From Octopus vulgaris (lineage: Eukaryota): DNA of 64,000 bases. The translations under genes and the position numbers were made by a program. Shown here one piece after another: positions 1 to 16,792 of this stretch. The stretch lies in assembly GCA_951406725.2 (NCBI GenBank), contig OX597823.1:88412001-88476000 (forward strand). The letters run 5' to 3'. The notes under the pieces were generated by a model. That model did not search any database and was not told the origin of the DNA. It saw only the letters and a program-made list of their open reading frames with translations. The stretch's first letter is position 1, and every line of letters starts with the position of its first letter.

Positions 1-155
1 GGTGTGCTTAAGTCCCCCGTGACTTAGCGGTTCGAAAACAGGGTACGATATAATAACTAAGAAGCCGAAAAATATAAATCGTTTGATTAACTTATTCAAG
101 GTGCTGCTCCAGCATGGCCGCAGTCTAGTGACTGAAACAAGTAAGAGAGAAAGAA
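1..155 (+). mobile_element. 3' end of tRNA-derived CORE-like SINE (family B)
   Basis: ggtgtg..gtccccgtgacttagcggttcg...ggtgctgctccagcatggccgcagtc..gactgaaacaagtaa matches the 3' ends at 7720-7885 and (reverse) 63175-63330. Confidence 0.75.
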
Positions 156-1929
156 AGTAACTGTCTCCAATTTGAAGACAATGTAACAAAGGGAGACACA
201 CGTTGATACTATTAATCCCATTTAGAATGTACTCAAACTTAAAATGGGGGAGAATTCTGCAAAATGTTACAACTAAAGTAGTGAAGTTTTCCCCAAGTTA
301 CAGATCGACGAGTTAGACATATTACACATGCACAAAATGAAAGTGAAAACTCAAAAGTTTGTAGCACTAAGTCATTTTTCTATACATGGAATGCTCTTTA
401 GGATTTAGGTGCGATGATTGAATAGTATAAAGAGCTAAGGAATAAATTCGTTTGTACATTATACTTGTGTAGCAGATGAAACTACAATCGCCAGTTATAT
501 TGAGTTTGAATAAGAATTGATGTAAAGTATACTTGCAGATAATGCACTTCCAATACGCAACAAGCCAACACCTCTATTCGTCATTAGGTGCGTATACTTT
601 GTGAAAACTATGGGGAAATAAATTAATACAAATAGTAAAACGTTCTCAAAACTAAAGAATCGTGAATTTCAGAGTAGCCATACACACCACTGACCTCAAT
701 CGAGATGTTTTAGATATCAAAGTTGGGATTCTAACATTGACAGACAACCAAGAATTTAGGATTTGACCTAGGTTTTGACTGACAATTAATCATCGTAACT
801 CTAGAAGTTTGGAAAGCGAAATCGTCTTTGGCGGCATGCAAATTCAGAAGGTATTGTGAAAGTGATTAAGCGACGTAATTTTTTATAAGTACAAACCCCA
901 CGCGGAGAGCAACTATACTTATATTGTTCGGGAAAATGCTAAAGAGGAAAATAATACCTTCGAATTAATTTGTTACCATGCATTTTTTTTCTATGTCGTT
1001 CTCCTAACTGGTTACAACTGAATGTCTTTAGCATCCATGCGACGACACTCTTTTGAAAAGTTTTCACCATCAATTCATTCATTTGTCCCAAGATAATTTG
1101 AAGGTAACAATCCATTGAAGCACTCGTTAATACTACATTCTTCCTACTGTTATCAGCGACGAAAGCACTGGTCTTATGAATATTTGTGTTAACTACAGCT
1201 TATTAAATAACACAATACAGAAAACGCTGTCTTGTTTAGCGCAGGCTTCTCTAATCATTCATTGTGTGTAGATATCTGCAAATTACTTTGGATAAATTTT
1301 TTCTGTATTTTGTCGCAACAGAAACCAAACATAATCATGATGGGAGTTATTGCTATGCATCATTATGCTTTGCTAAAGAAGATGATATCATACAAGTTAT
1401 TTGACTTCAATTAGGGAGAGAAACAGCCTCGGCAATCGGCTTGGAACGCAATTATAACAATCTTTTATAATGCTTACAATGGTTTCCATAATGGCATAGA
1501 TACTGGTGCAAATGCACTGCGGAATTCTATTCGGCTTATTTCCAAATCTTGTGCCAACAAGAGCCATTTAAATTTTATGGAAAAATGCAGTTAGTGTAAA
1601 TGCAATTAACATAGAAAAACTATTATGAATTTCAAACTATATGCTCCGTCAAAGACAGAGATATAGACGTGATTTTATGAAAATTTAATGGTCATGTATA
1701 TGTATCTATATACAAAGTTATATATCTGATGTTTGCTAGCAATTTCGTTTCCGTTCGATTTTCATTTTCTAAAAAGAACAATAATTACTGTATTTTCATC
1801 AGGCCTCAAGTAATTATAGTTGTCACCACCACAGGATAACTGCGAGGAATTTTATCAGATTAAAGCGGTAGAATATATATTTTACTAAAAAGGAAAAGGT
1901 TATACACCCACGCACACAAACTTATATGA

Positions 1930-2108
1930 GATGTTGTCATTTTAACGAACTCTGAAATTACGGGGTCGTAAATACACTAAAACCGACTGTCAGTTGGTAG
2001 TGGGTCACAAACACGGATGCAAAGGCACAACCACAAACACACACACGCACGGCGCATACAAACGCATACTCACACATATGTATTTATGCTTCGCTGTCTG
2101 TATGCTTA

Positions 2109-2188
<80 letters not shown>

Positions 2189-2365
2189 CACATCACTGTT
2201 TTTGTGCAATTTCCTTCTACAGCATACATCCGCTCGCAAGCTTTTTGTTGACCGAGACTATATAACAATACACTTGCCCAGAGTGCAACACTGTGTACTG
2301 TGTGGGTACCCAAGACCAATTCTGCTATAGAACCGGAACCATATAGCTCGGAAGTATACTTTTTT
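1930..2365 (-). mobile_element. Decayed SINE family B with internal (CT)n(TA)n
   Basis: cacttgccca..gtgc and gaaccggaaccat head/core remnants; ttacggggtcgtaaatacac tail remnant; same layout as 63175-63556. Confidence 0.55.
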
Positions 2366-3442
2366 CAATGCTTTACGTATGATTTCGTTGTCACATCCTT
2401 TGGGATGTGACATCCAAATCACGCGTAAACGGCTCCTTTCCCCAGAAAAGGAAAGATTTGGCTGCTATTTCATGCACTCCCTGCTACCATGCAACAGGTA
2501 TTTCTGGTCCTTTATCGCAAATAGTTGTTACGTGGTTGCAGGGCGTGCTAGAAATAGCATCCAAATATTTGGAGGTGAGATACCTTGAATGTACTCGAAT
2601 AATACCTATGGAAAAAAATCATTTCACACCGAGGTTACGAACGGGTATTTTACGAAATATTCACCGTATTTTTAATGTCATTTTCACTTTAAAATATTTT
2701 TTAAATATGCCAAAACATTCTTCTATAGTATTCACTTGAAAATAATTTTAAAAACATTAAAATATTGTCTTGTTAAAGAAAGCTAAAATATAAATACTTA
2801 CTGTACAAACAACTTACATTTTTGAAATCACATTCCCTTAAAGATATTTCTAGATGATTAAAATATTGAGTTTAACAAAAGAGAAAATAGAAACATTTAC
2901 TGTAAAATGCAAATCGTATTTGTTCGTTGTCAAATCACTGTGTCTAATCGAAAGGTAAGAATTTCCCTATCAGGATTAAGTTTAAGTTCAGAAGATTTTC
3001 CTGTTATGCACCGTTTCGGGTATTTATATCTTGAACATCCCTGATATCTCCACAACCACTCGTCCGATCTACGCGAAATTTATTTTATTCCGTTCGTATT
3101 TACATTTCATATATACCTATATATGTTGTTTACGACGACATATCATTTGTAGTCTGAAATAAGCTACTGTTACAGAGATATTCAAATTCGATAAGCCTAC
3201 GAATGACAGCGTTTAAATACTTGGTTCCATTCTTCCATGTACAGAGATTTTTAACTCAACATTGAAATGCTAATACATCTATCTATATATCTATCTATTT
3301 AGCTATCTGTCTATTTATCTATCTCTTTATCTGTTTGCCTTGGCGTATGTAGACATGAAGACATATAAATGTGTATGCATGCACCTGCGTATTACAAGCC
3401 ATAATGTTTGAATGAGCAAAGAGTTTCATTTATATATATATA

Positions 3443-3837
3443 CTAGCAGTATCGCCCGACGTTGCTCGGGTTTGTAAGGGAAATAACTATATAAGCATTT
3501 TTAGAGATGTAAAGTATAATAGCCATCTCAATATGGCTAACCACAAAGGGGGGGGGGTACTGTAGCTTTTTACGTTCTGAGATATAATAATAATTTTTTA
3601 GAGAGTTACTTCCCTTATATATGCCAAAAATGCATTAAAAATGGGGAAAATTGATGGTAATTTTTTTTTTAATCGTAGACTCATCGTAGACGCGCGCTAA
3701 TACCCAGACGGGCTCGATATGAATCACGACTATAAGATACCCGGTTTTGGTTAAACTGCACCGCAAAATGTGGGAGTAGTTAGGAATCTAAATCGTAGGA
3801 GACAGACAGCACACAACCTCACTATTATATATAAAGA
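3443..3837 (-). mobile_element. Non-autonomous Helitron
   Basis: Minus strand starts TC (tctttatatat), ends with hairpin cccgagcaacgtcggg then CTAG; sits between A and T with no TSD. Confidence 0.75.
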
Positions 3838-3846
3838 TATATATAT

Positions 3847-3877
<31 letters not shown>

Positions 3878-4570
3878 GTGTGTGTATGTATGTATGTATG
3901 TATGTATGCATGTGTGTATGTATGTATGTATGTATGTATGTATGTATGCATGCATGTATATAGGTATTATCGTTGCTTTTGTTTCAACAAATTTCGAGCT
4001 CAAATCCTATTAAACGAGACAGTTGTCAAAGACCAACTATAATACTGTAATATCCATTAGCACCGTACTGATATTGAAGACGTTCCCTTCATTTATAGGA
4101 ATTAATATTTCTTACCGGTAAGGTATTTTACATTTTTGTATGTTTTACTTATTATATTATATTATATCCATTCGTCGTCATCTTGATTGCTGTCACTTTT
4201 GCTTAACGGTTCTTAAAGCTGCTAGAAATATCTTTTGCCAAGGCTTTCCAAATGGAAACCACCAGCCTTATCTAATGGAACTGTTGTTTTAAGTATTCTT
4301 TGGCTTCTATTTCTAGGAAGTTAAAAATAACAAGGTGGCTACGTATTCGCTTAGTAGTTATCGTTTCATCTCACTAATAAAATTCACATTTACTATCAGA
4401 GTATGAGATCTAATACTAATCTAGTTTAGGTTACCGTTATATTAATATGAAATTATCTTATTGAAAATGTCAGTCTCAGATTAGAAACATTTAATTAAGC
4501 CATTATTACTAGGAATATTGGAATAAAATATATTCCATAAGGCATTTTTCTGCAACAGGATCAGTTAACT

Positions 4571-4900
<330 letters not shown>

Positions 4901-5489
4901 ACATACACACGTTGCGCCTGTATCTGGGGAGAAGCGTAAATTTAAACTATAATTCACTGGCTGAGCTGCCTGCTGTTAGGACAATAACTTTTTTATTATG
5001 CTTCGAAATGGGTTTCGTATCTATTGTCTGACCTGTCAAATTGGAAAATGTCGCAGACGGCTTCTATACTATCTGTTTAAAAGATATGAAGTTAATACAT
5101 GAATCTATTGAAAAGTTATACCAGGGAATATATTGTAGAAATGTGAATTCGTAAACAATATCAAAATAACATTTCATAGTCGAAATTGCATTGAATTTCT
5201 TATGAAATAATAATTAATATACAGATTGGCTTAATCGTTACAGCGTCACAGAAAATACCTTGCAGTGTTTCTCCCGTTTTGAGATTATATACTGCCTGTA
5301 GATAAAGTTGCACATCTTTCTTTCAAGTTGAAATGTAAATTTAGCCACAGGTAGATAATGGAAAGAACCCTTCAGGTACTGAAGTCGATGGTATTACGAC
5401 CTCCCCAAACAATTACTGGCCTTGTACTGAAATTTTAAACTGTTCTCAAATAATTGTGCAGATACTGAGTAGCACGATCGTAATAGCAT

Positions 5490-5720
5490 CGGAGAAAATA
5501 CCTTGCGGACAAAATGCCGAACAAAACACTTGATAAAATGCCTTGCAGAATCTCTTCTGCCTGTATATTTTGATTTCAAATCTCGCCGAGTTCCATCCTT
5601 TCGGGGTCGATTAAATAAGTACCAGTAACGCACTGGGGTCGATATAATCAACTTAATCCGTTTGGCTGTCCTTGTTTGTCCCCTCTATGCTTAGCCCCTT
5701 GTGAGTAATAAAGAAATAGA
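5490..5720 (+). mobile_element. tRNA-derived SINE family A, decayed
   Basis: catcctttcggggtcgattaaataagtaccag..gcactggggtcgat..tgtccttgtttgtcccctct..taataaagaaata shared with 28671, 44532 and 57657. Confidence 0.75.
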
Positions 5721-7282
5721 TATTTAGAAGTTAATATGAGTAGAATCTTAACATAGAAAAAATCAGAATGAGATTAATATTTTATAGCCAAAATTGCTTT
5801 GCTTATACTGATAACAACATTAAAGAACGTATTAATAATGTAACGTCTGACAGTAGCTTAATTCTGTAGACAAAAACTTAATTGATATTAAAATACATTA
5901 TAAATACTTACTCTGGTAAATACATACTCTGCAATAAGAAGCCAAATAATTTCTTCTTCAGAATCTCCTCAGCAATATCCTTGTTATTGCTTAAATTCGG
6001 TGACTTAAAAATCTGGTATTTACTATGTAATGTGAGCGTAACCTTAACATAGGAAAATTCACGTGTTGCATATTTCTCTTTTGAGGTCGATATCAGCACA
6101 TTCCAAACATGTAGCTACATAGTTGCAGTAAGTACATCGCAATCAGAAACACTTCTGACAAGTTTTGTACATCGCAAAATAATTGCCTCTGAGAATATCA
6201 CAATGTTCTGATGCACTCAGAACCTGCATTCCATTCTCGTCACGTTTTCGTCGGTTGTTGAAGCTTTAAGTAATGTTTCGATTGTGTAATGTAATTTTCT
6301 GTGGTTTTCTCATTGAGATAACTGTATACATACACACATTTTCGTCTAACGAAGTCATGTAGAGAATACATAATGGTTATCTGCATTCCGAAAGATATGA
6401 TTTCTAGGATTATTAAAACGGAAATTTAAGTGATTGCGAGATATAATGTGAGGAAACTTTGATTCCTAACGCGATAAACATTGACTTAATTATAATGGTG
6501 AAATTACATATTGTGCAGCTTGAGTTGTGATAAGTTTAGCTTGAATATTCATCAACTATCATTTCAATATGCTTTCCTTTTATTGCAACGGCAAATGGAA
6601 TTCTAACCTTGCAGATTAGTATTTCCTATGACAATGTTTACGGATAATCCCGACACAGCATTGCCGTATGGCCTCTCGACAGCGTAAACTTAAAATACAC
6701 CGACGTTACCTTTGACTCTCGCTCATATTGTATGGACGGCTTATTGACTGATATTATAATGGGCACGATTCATAAGCGCGTATTATTTCATACAAATGTG
6801 ATTTTCCTTTTTTTTTTTTTGTTCACTTCAAACATCTCGAAATTACATTTTTTTCTACCGAGAGACCAGAATTAACTTGATCGGTCATACACTAGGTGCC
6901 TTTCTGTCGACTACTGTACTATACGCGATGAACTGCTGATGTGTGGAATAATTATTGATTTTTACCTTGTCACAGCACATGGCATAAAGTTTTAATCGAT
7001 AACATAATCAATTAAATCGATACAGTTTATAGCAGGCAGCTAATTACATAAACGGAACATAACCAATATCAGCGCGATTTTCAAAATTCTTAATTAGTGA
7101 TAATACAAAAGACATCATGTAAATAATATATTGTGCTGATAAATATAAATAAGATAAAAGTTTGAGATAGGTTTCTATAAGAATTTCGATTTTCCAACAG
7201 AAAACATGTCAGAGGAAAGACACGAAGTGTATAAAAGAGAAAAATCCAAACTGTAGATGAATTAATATGTCAAATCAAGATA

Positions 7283-7465
7283 GCGAGGTGGCAGGATCAT
7301 CATAACGCCGGACAAAATGCTTAGCAATATTCCAATCACTTTTACGTTCTGAGTTCAAATAGCATCAAGGTCGACTTTGCCTTTCATCCCTTCAAGTTCT
7401 GGGGTCGATAAAAGAGACTTAGCTCTTGCCTCGAAACTGCTAGCCTTGTGACAAAATTTGAAACC
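7283..7465 (+). mobile_element. SINE family A variant
   Basis: gagttcaaat B-box and ggtcgactttgcctttcatcc core. Confidence 0.65.
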
Positions 7466-7489
7466 TCTGTATACTAAAAGATCATATGG

Positions 7490-7885
7490 TAATAATGCAA
7501 TTCAGGACTTACTGTGAGGTATCTTGGGCAAGTGAATTCTAGTGTAGCCTCGGGCCTACCAAAGCCACATGAGGCTATTTGGTGAGAGGAAACTGAATAA
7601 ATCCCGTCGCATGTATATATGCTTATGCGTGTGCGCGTGTGTGTATGTGTGCTTGTGTGTGTGCATGCATCTATCTCTTTGTATCTACGACTGCTTCCCA
7701 CCTCCACTTGGCATTCGGCTTTGGTGTGTTAACGTCCCCTTAATCTAGCGGTTCGGGAAAAGTTCCTTGCAGAATAATTACTAAGCTTAAAACGAAAAGC
7801 AATGAGGTCAATTCGTTCGAATCAAAATCCCCGAAGGCGGTGCCCCAGTATAGCAGCGGTTTAACGATCAAAACAAGTAAAAGAC
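7490..7885 (+). mobile_element. SINE family B (CORE-like)
   Basis: cttgggcaagtg core, gcctcgggcctaccaaagcc, internal TG repeat, ggcggtgccccag...aaacaagtaaaaga tail. Confidence 0.7.
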
Positions 7886-8349
7886 CGATATTTAATTCTA
7901 TTTCGCCTTTGTTTTTCTTTCGTTTATCGTTCTTTTTAATTTTTCTTGTTTAGTTATTACAAAATTCTCAAAATTTGCAGACAGGGTTAATTATGTGCAG
8001 CGCTAAATCACGTTCATACATTTTCTTCGCAGACTGAGCTTTCACAGTAGAGCCATACGCAAAATTGCTTTACGGTCGTATTCCTTAGAAGAGGTTATAA
8101 ATTCATTATAAAATATCGATAAGTTATTGATTTACTGCGGGATATAATTGATCTTATGAAAATGTTAAACTTCTTAATGGAAATGAGGTGTGTCAAATAC
8201 TTAATTTATTTATATATTTCAATATTTTAATGACTGTAAACTCGGTCCATTGGATTCTTTAATACCTTCCAACAATAAACAGCATCAACAACTATACATA
8301 TTAAACTTAAATAAATAGGTACATAGGTGTGTGTGCGTACATGTATTTA

Positions 8350-8449
8350 TATGTAGATATATAGACATACACATACATATATATCTACATACATGTGAGC
8401 ATATACATATATACATACACAAATATATATATATATATATATTTGTATA

Positions 8450-8544
<95 letters not shown>

Positions 8545-8660
8545 CAAATATATACATATATATATATATACACATATATATACATATATGCATATATATA
8601 CATATATATAGTTATCTATATATATATATATGCACACACACATACACATATGCATATTTA
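8350..8660. repeat. (TA)n-rich low-complexity tract
   Basis: Directly visible; source of the spurious YI-repeat ORFs. Confidence 0.95.
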
Positions 8661-8694
8661 TACATAATTTAACTGTTAACTTCGAAAAAACAGA

Positions 8695-9092
8695 GGTTTC
8701 AGTCTCATTAGACTGCTGCCCTGTTGTAGTACCGGCTTCAATTTTTGGTAGAATGAATCAATCCCCAAACCTATTTTTAAAACCTAGTACTTATTCTATC
8801 GGTCACATTTGTCGAATCGCTACGTTATAAAGACGTAAACACACCAACACAACCTACTCAAGTCATCAACCGGTAGCGTGGGGCACAAACATAGACACAA
8901 ACACACACACACACACATAAATATCAATACGACTTCCCTCTTTCACTTTCCATCTAACAAACACACTCACGAGGCATTGAACAACTCGTAACTCGTAGCT
9001 ATAGTAGAAAACAGTTGCCCAATGTTTCACTCAGTGAGATTGAACATGGTACCATGTGGTAGAGAAACAGGTTAATACTTCACAGCCACGCC
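8695..9092 (-). mobile_element. SINE family B, decayed
   Basis: cctagtacttattctatcggtc..cgtaaacacaccaac..ttgcccaa..accatgtgg..cacagccacgcct is the reverse complement of family B. Confidence 0.65.
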
Positions 9093-9171
9093 TACATATA
9101 TGTGTATATATATATAAACATATTGATATAGATATATATTTACATATATATATATACAAACACAGACCCAC

Positions 9172-9284
<113 letters not shown>

Positions 9285-10379
9285 AAACCAAGTGTCATAC
9301 CTCCACCTCATCAATATTACAATTTAATGGGCTAGGCTTCTTAAAGTTGTTTTCAGTCACGATGCATTCCTGGAGTCTCTACATTTCGGCAATACGCGAC
9401 AAGTATATTTCGACAATACACAAGTATATGGTTGCTGGTTATCATCAGCTGATTATCTAGGATTTGCTCGTCATGGAACTTAAAGTAACGATATATTATC
9501 ATTGACGGTTTGTATCATATTTCGGTTTAGTATTGTATTGAATACTGTGCTATTTTGTTCATGTCAAAATATATTATTATTATAAATGAGTGTGTAGACG
9601 AGTTTATGTGACTATAAGTATGTTTATTTCTTCCTTTACATAAAATAACCATTATATATTTACATAATTTCATGGGTCTGGCTGTGTAAATGTCGAATAT
9701 TTCAGTCACTAGACATAATACACTAAATGGAAAAGTGAAATAAAGATAGAAATATTTTCATACACATAGAAGAGTATTCTTGATAAAATATTTATGAATG
9801 AAACATCGTTCTGTATGTTTGCTTCATACTAAAACCAATTACATATTTACACGTCTCCATACAATATTCACTATTCATAAATCTCTTTTACAGATCATAA
9901 GAATATTTTGAAAGATACATATATTTTTAATTTAATATATATCTACAATAGAACTTATTCTGCATTTGTAATATATATCTCTTTGATATTTATATGTTTG
10001 TGCATGCGTGTGTGTGTCTGCGTGTGTGTGTGTGCATGCGTGTGTGAGTCCCTGTGTGTGTGCGTGTGTATCTGTGTACATTGAGATGTATTTCTTATTT
10101 ATTGTATATTCTTCCAGAAGTTTCTAACAAGTTTTATCATTATCATGGTCGTCACGAATATAATTGTGCTTCTTTAGAATAAATACCAACAGTAACATCA
10201 TAATCAACAAAACCCTCAAAAGATGTACCATTCATAATCAACAATAACAACAACACAAACAACAAAATAAATGCTAGCAGCACCAGCGGTACCAAGTGCA
10301 GAAGCAATCAATCAATTTCATATTTTTGTTTTACTTGTCATACCGAGTTTGATATTAAACATAAATATACATAATAAAC

Positions 10380-10648
10380 ACATACATATATACATATATA
10401 TATACATATATACATATATGTACATATATATATATACATATATACATATATGTACATATATATATACATATATACATATATATATATACATATATATATA
10501 TATACATATATACATATATATATATACATATATATATATACATATATACATATATATATATACATATATACATACATATATACATATATACATATATATA
10601 CATATATACATATATACATATATATATTTATATATATATATATATATA
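10380..10648. repeat. (TA)n/(TACA) microsatellite
   Basis: Directly visible. Confidence 0.95.
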
Positions 10649-10985
10649 ATAATACATTTTGGTTTTAAATATTTTGAGTTAGTTATCTAACTAATATCAT
10701 TGTGTGAACTATAGAATATTTTACATTCATGGCTGCTAAAACAAAATTGAAAAGTGTTTGGAATATCTGTGACATATCCACCTGTGTTTGGCAAAACGAA
10801 ATTGGATTTTGTAAACATTCATTTCCAAAATTAGAAACAACGAATATATATTTCCCTTGTGACATTTTCGAAATTTGCATAATGTTTGCTCTTTTGTAAT
10901 TGGTTTTGGTTTTATTTGGGTATGATGCAAGCAAATATACATTTTACTTACCATACTTGTCGGAAGAAGAACCCTTACATGCATG

Positions 10986-11037
<52 letters not shown>

Positions 11038-11346
11038 GTAGGGTGCATATTTGAATGCTACTGGGCTATTCATGCTTAAAGATACCGTAAACATTTCTAA
11101 CACGACCACCAAATCCTTAAACTGATTTCCACCTATAATCATAACCACTGTCACATGACCGTCCTAAACCAATCAATTCTCATATACATAGTAAGGAATT
11201 TATTCTATCCCACATTCGCCAATATCGCAGATTCGGGCGACATTTTGTGCAGATTTTTATCATAGGATGTAACAAATTTTGAGTGTGTGTATGTATATTA
11301 ATATATATACACATATTTAATGACCGTTAGAATATTCCTTTTTGGT

Positions 11347-12426
<1,080 letters not shown>

Positions 12427-15400
12427 AATTGAAACAGAATTAATACAATTTTCAGACAAATACTGATTATCATAACTTAATACGAATAGTAGCATTTAAA
12501 ATACAATTTATGAGAATTTACTACTAACCATTATTCTTTAATATTCGTTACTTATTGGCCAATCACCGTTAAACAGAAAAGATGTACACAAACGACCGTA
12601 AACAATCTTAAATCCTTGAAACATAATTGTTATCTAGTTTTATGTTATATCACTTTATGCACCATCATATAAGAGTCTATTAAATTTGCCGTTTACAAAA
12701 CGCCTCAGGCAATATAACAGCAAATCTACGTCAAACATGCAGCGTTAATGTGTAAAATATTCCAATTAATACGAAATCACATGCTGTCCGTTGTTGGATT
12801 AGAATATTTCAAGATATATTGCTTAAGTTTGCTCGTTAATACCATATTCCTTTCATGGGTAATTGCTCCAGCACCACAATTTTAACTTGAAATCTCTCGC
12901 TTGTGAGAAAGCATTTTATGCTCCAAGCATCAATTAAAACACTCCCTCTTCATAGGAAATAAAAGTAATCTCTTCTATCCCCGTCGTTTTCATTACCATC
13001 TTCACTCTAACAGAAATATCAAAGCAGTATATACGTAAATACCGACTGCGTATATTCTGAAACTGCTAACGAAATAACTATGGTCATTATATTTGCTATT
13101 CACGAATGGAATGTTTCAATAAAGAATCTAGCAAGCGACATTAAATGAAGTCTTTCTTATAAAACATAGCAATTGTCTCCATAGTAAAAGCAACTTAACA
13201 TAAAATAAAAGAATAAACTATTTTAATTAAAAGCCAAAGACTTTCTCAACACAGAATTCCTTTGGTATTATTATCAATGACTTGATAAGACTTTGCTTAA
13301 CAAACAAAATAATTGCATTGTATATGCTTGATGGGAAAACTGAGGCAATTCTCAAATGTTTCTTACATGAATGCACCACTCATAATAATATAGGGTGAAA
13401 GTGCTGACATATTACATAATTCAATCAGTCCATATATTGTTCAATTTACACAAGAGCTGTAAGTAAATGTGACTACTTGACGTATTTTATCGAGAGATAC
13501 AAATAAATAGGTTTTTATGACCTTGTAACTTTCAGAAAAGATTAAATATGTGATGTATAATTCTGTCTTCATATATAACTTTTTTAAGCAAATATAAATG
13601 CTAATCAGATAAGAATGACAGTCTATGTACAGTTAAAATTTATTTTGCAGCAAATATGGTTCATAATGAATTTGGTTTTGAGTAGTCTCGTATACCCTTC
13701 AAAGAAATACTCAAAATTTTAACGCAGAGGGTGAGCGTTACAATCTCTCAAAGACCATGAGCATACGTCAAATGATATGAGATTTGATTTCTTGCAGAGC
13801 TTTCGAAACGATAAGCGGTATTTGTAGGAAATTTTGTTAAAAATATTCATTTTTCTGGATGTTATGAGGCAACAAATTCGGGAGTGTGTACATATGTATT
13901 AATGCACTTTTATTTATAGGATATTTTTCATTTCATGTTTATTTCATTCATTGTTTGCAATGTTCTCTTTCGCCCTCTCTCGCTCACACGCACACATACC
14001 GCAAAGCTTAGAGATGTGCTGCTGAATTGTAATCTCTATGTCGCTTTGATGGGAAGGTAAAACGTGACAAATTGCATCTCCTCTGTTGTTGGACTACCGT
14101 GATGTTTGTTTAAAAGAGAGTGAGATTATGGCTGATAAAATAATGAAAGTAATATTTGCTAAGCAAGCTATTATACAAAGAAACAATTAGACGTGAAATA
14201 TAAAAATCATTAGAATTGGGAATCAAATCTCAGAATATTATCAAGGGCCCATTTCTTCTCGTATTTACTATAATGGAGAAAGTTGCTTATTACTTAGGTA
14301 TGTAACATTTACTACAAGTACTAAAAGAAAGTAATTAATTCTAATCTAATGTTTTACCCCCACCTCAATCAAGCACGTGTGTGTGTAAGAAAAAACACTT
14401 TCTAACAGAAACGAAATATGCGATTAAAATGAATTATCGTTTACGTAACTTGTTTTTAAATTACTGTTGATAAATGGCAACAATGACCTCATGGAGGGAC
14501 TGTCTAACAGTATCTTGTTGCGGCTATTACATTCGAAATTCATACATCTTTAATCAATAAGTTAAGTACCAAATATTAACGACAGTAAATATAACCGCCT
14601 GTATACTTTACCTTAAATATTTTCATTAGCATCAGCATACAGGTATTGAGTGACTGGACAGAACACTTGGGTAAGTGAATGGAAGCATTCAACCACTTAC
14701 AATTGTAATTCATTTCTTGTTACTCATAATATATCTGATATATGTTAGATATTTTAGGACATATGATTTCCTGTTTGGAATTTCTTGAAACGTATTATCA
14801 ACAGAATACGTCTGAATTTACCTGGCGAACATATTATACGTGTGTTCCCTCAATTATCACAATTATCATTATGTTCAATATGCATTTAATTTCTGAGAGT
14901 GTTATCTATATCAATGCATGAGCGGTTGAATAGCATCGGAAAACTACTCAATTACTTATTCTCAAGAGAAACATATGCATACAATTGCAATTTCGCGAAT
15001 CTCCGGTAACATCTACATAATATGCAATTTAAATTGTGATTCAATGATTAGGATATATGCATTAATAACCACTTCTACTTGCGTTCACAAAATTAAATCT
15101 GCGAAAATCTTTTTAAGGATATTTATTGGCAATATCACATTAATATATGCAATTATGCAAATGGTATACCAATAATTATCTGAAATTTAATTGCTGATAT
15201 GCATATATTAATTATCACCCAAGACTTCGTTAGTAATTTTGCATACTCGTATTTTAACCTGGGTTCGAATTTCAAGGTCACAGCCTGATTTACTCTTGGT
15301 TTAATATATTTGTCTCAAATAATATTTTGTAGAACTTTCTGTCATAGATTATAATCTATAGGGTTTTTATAATGAGATGAGTGAGAAAAGTGAGAGATTT

Positions 15401-16454
15401 ATGTCTCTGCAGCTAATGTCAATGTTGTGGTGATAGTAAAAAAATATACATATTTCAGTTTTGCTTCTTCCGGGAATAACCAATTGCTTGCTTCGCCTCC
15501 ACTTTCAATATATAGATGTTTGTTTAATCTAATTTTCGTTTTGGCTTTCAAGAAATTATATCCGTCTAGAACATTAAATATATTTATTAATAATATATTA
15601 AACTCATCTATATTCTATTCATGTGTTACAGTATGTATAGAACAAATATATGATAGAAATAAATAAATAGTTTTATAAATATAAAATATAATCATGCAAT
15701 GAAAGACGTTAATAACAAAATTAAAATTAATGTATTCAGTGTCATTACGTAACAGATAATTTGTATTCCAATGTTATGATAGATATCATGTGTCAAGGGA
15801 ACATGTTTCAGTGTAATGTCTGGCAACATTTTTTAACAGTCATTAATTCAAGTCATGCACGAATATCATATCATTAACTGTATGATTTGTACAATAAGGC
15901 ATCTCAAATTTATGTTTTCCAGAAAATTAAGAGCAGCCTGCTACTTCTTTAACGCTTGTAACATGATGATGTCGTGTTAAAAATAAATTATGTCTAAGCA
16001 CTGCTTAACAGTTTTGCTTGAATACACAATCATATCTTATAAAGAACTATTTTATGCCAATGTTACTCACGTTTTTTTTTTCTTTTAGCCATTGTTTAAT
16101 GACATATACCTTATTTACACTGGAGACAACCTTCGTCTTGTGGCGTAGACATAAACAGGATTTTCAGTCAAATAATTTCTTAGAAAACACAGTATGTACA
16201 GACGTCCCTGAAATCTAAATTTTGATTGCATAGCAATGACAATATTTTACACAAAATATTGCTTTGAATTTATTGTCTTTTATTCCACTCCCGGGACTAT
16301 TCATAAAGTATTCTAAATTGATAACACATTTACATTCTAGATAAGAATTTTAATACGTGTAACGATGACTATATAAGAATATTATATAACTAAACTAAAA
16401 TTGCTTCCTCTTAATATATATAGAGAATACCAAACGAGTTCCCTATGGATACCG

Positions 16455-16745
16455 TATTTATTACAACGAGTGACTTGTAAACGTATCTAACGAGCGAAAG
16501 CGAGTTAGATACGTTTACACGCGAATACGTTTACACACGAATAAACGACCATATTTTATTAACCCAATAACTAAATTCTTTACGTTTAGTTGTAACTTAT
16601 GAATGACAAAAGTGGTGTCGTCACCGTGACCTCAGGTCATCACCATGGATTGACCAATCAGAAGTAGCGCTGTCACCGTGACCTCGGGTCATCACCATGG
16701 ATTGACCAATCAGAAGCAGCGCTCGCAGTATCTGACATATGTTAG
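16455..16745. mobile_element. Unclassified non-autonomous DNA element (hairpin plus 52 bp tandem duplication; possibly Crypton-like)
   Basis: 16 bp perfect stem 16476-16491/16504-16519 around gagcgaaagcga; 52 bp unit at 16620-16671 and 16672-16723 containing tgaccaatcagaa. Confidence 0.4.
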
Positions 16746-16792
16746 ATACCAAAAATATCTCAAAGTGTTCTCACTCACATGTATATAATAAA

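Noticed and set aside
5906-6099. 63 aa minus-strand ORF ending at a gtaagt donor-like site
   Set aside because: No recognisable protein similarity and no clear acceptor or partner exons
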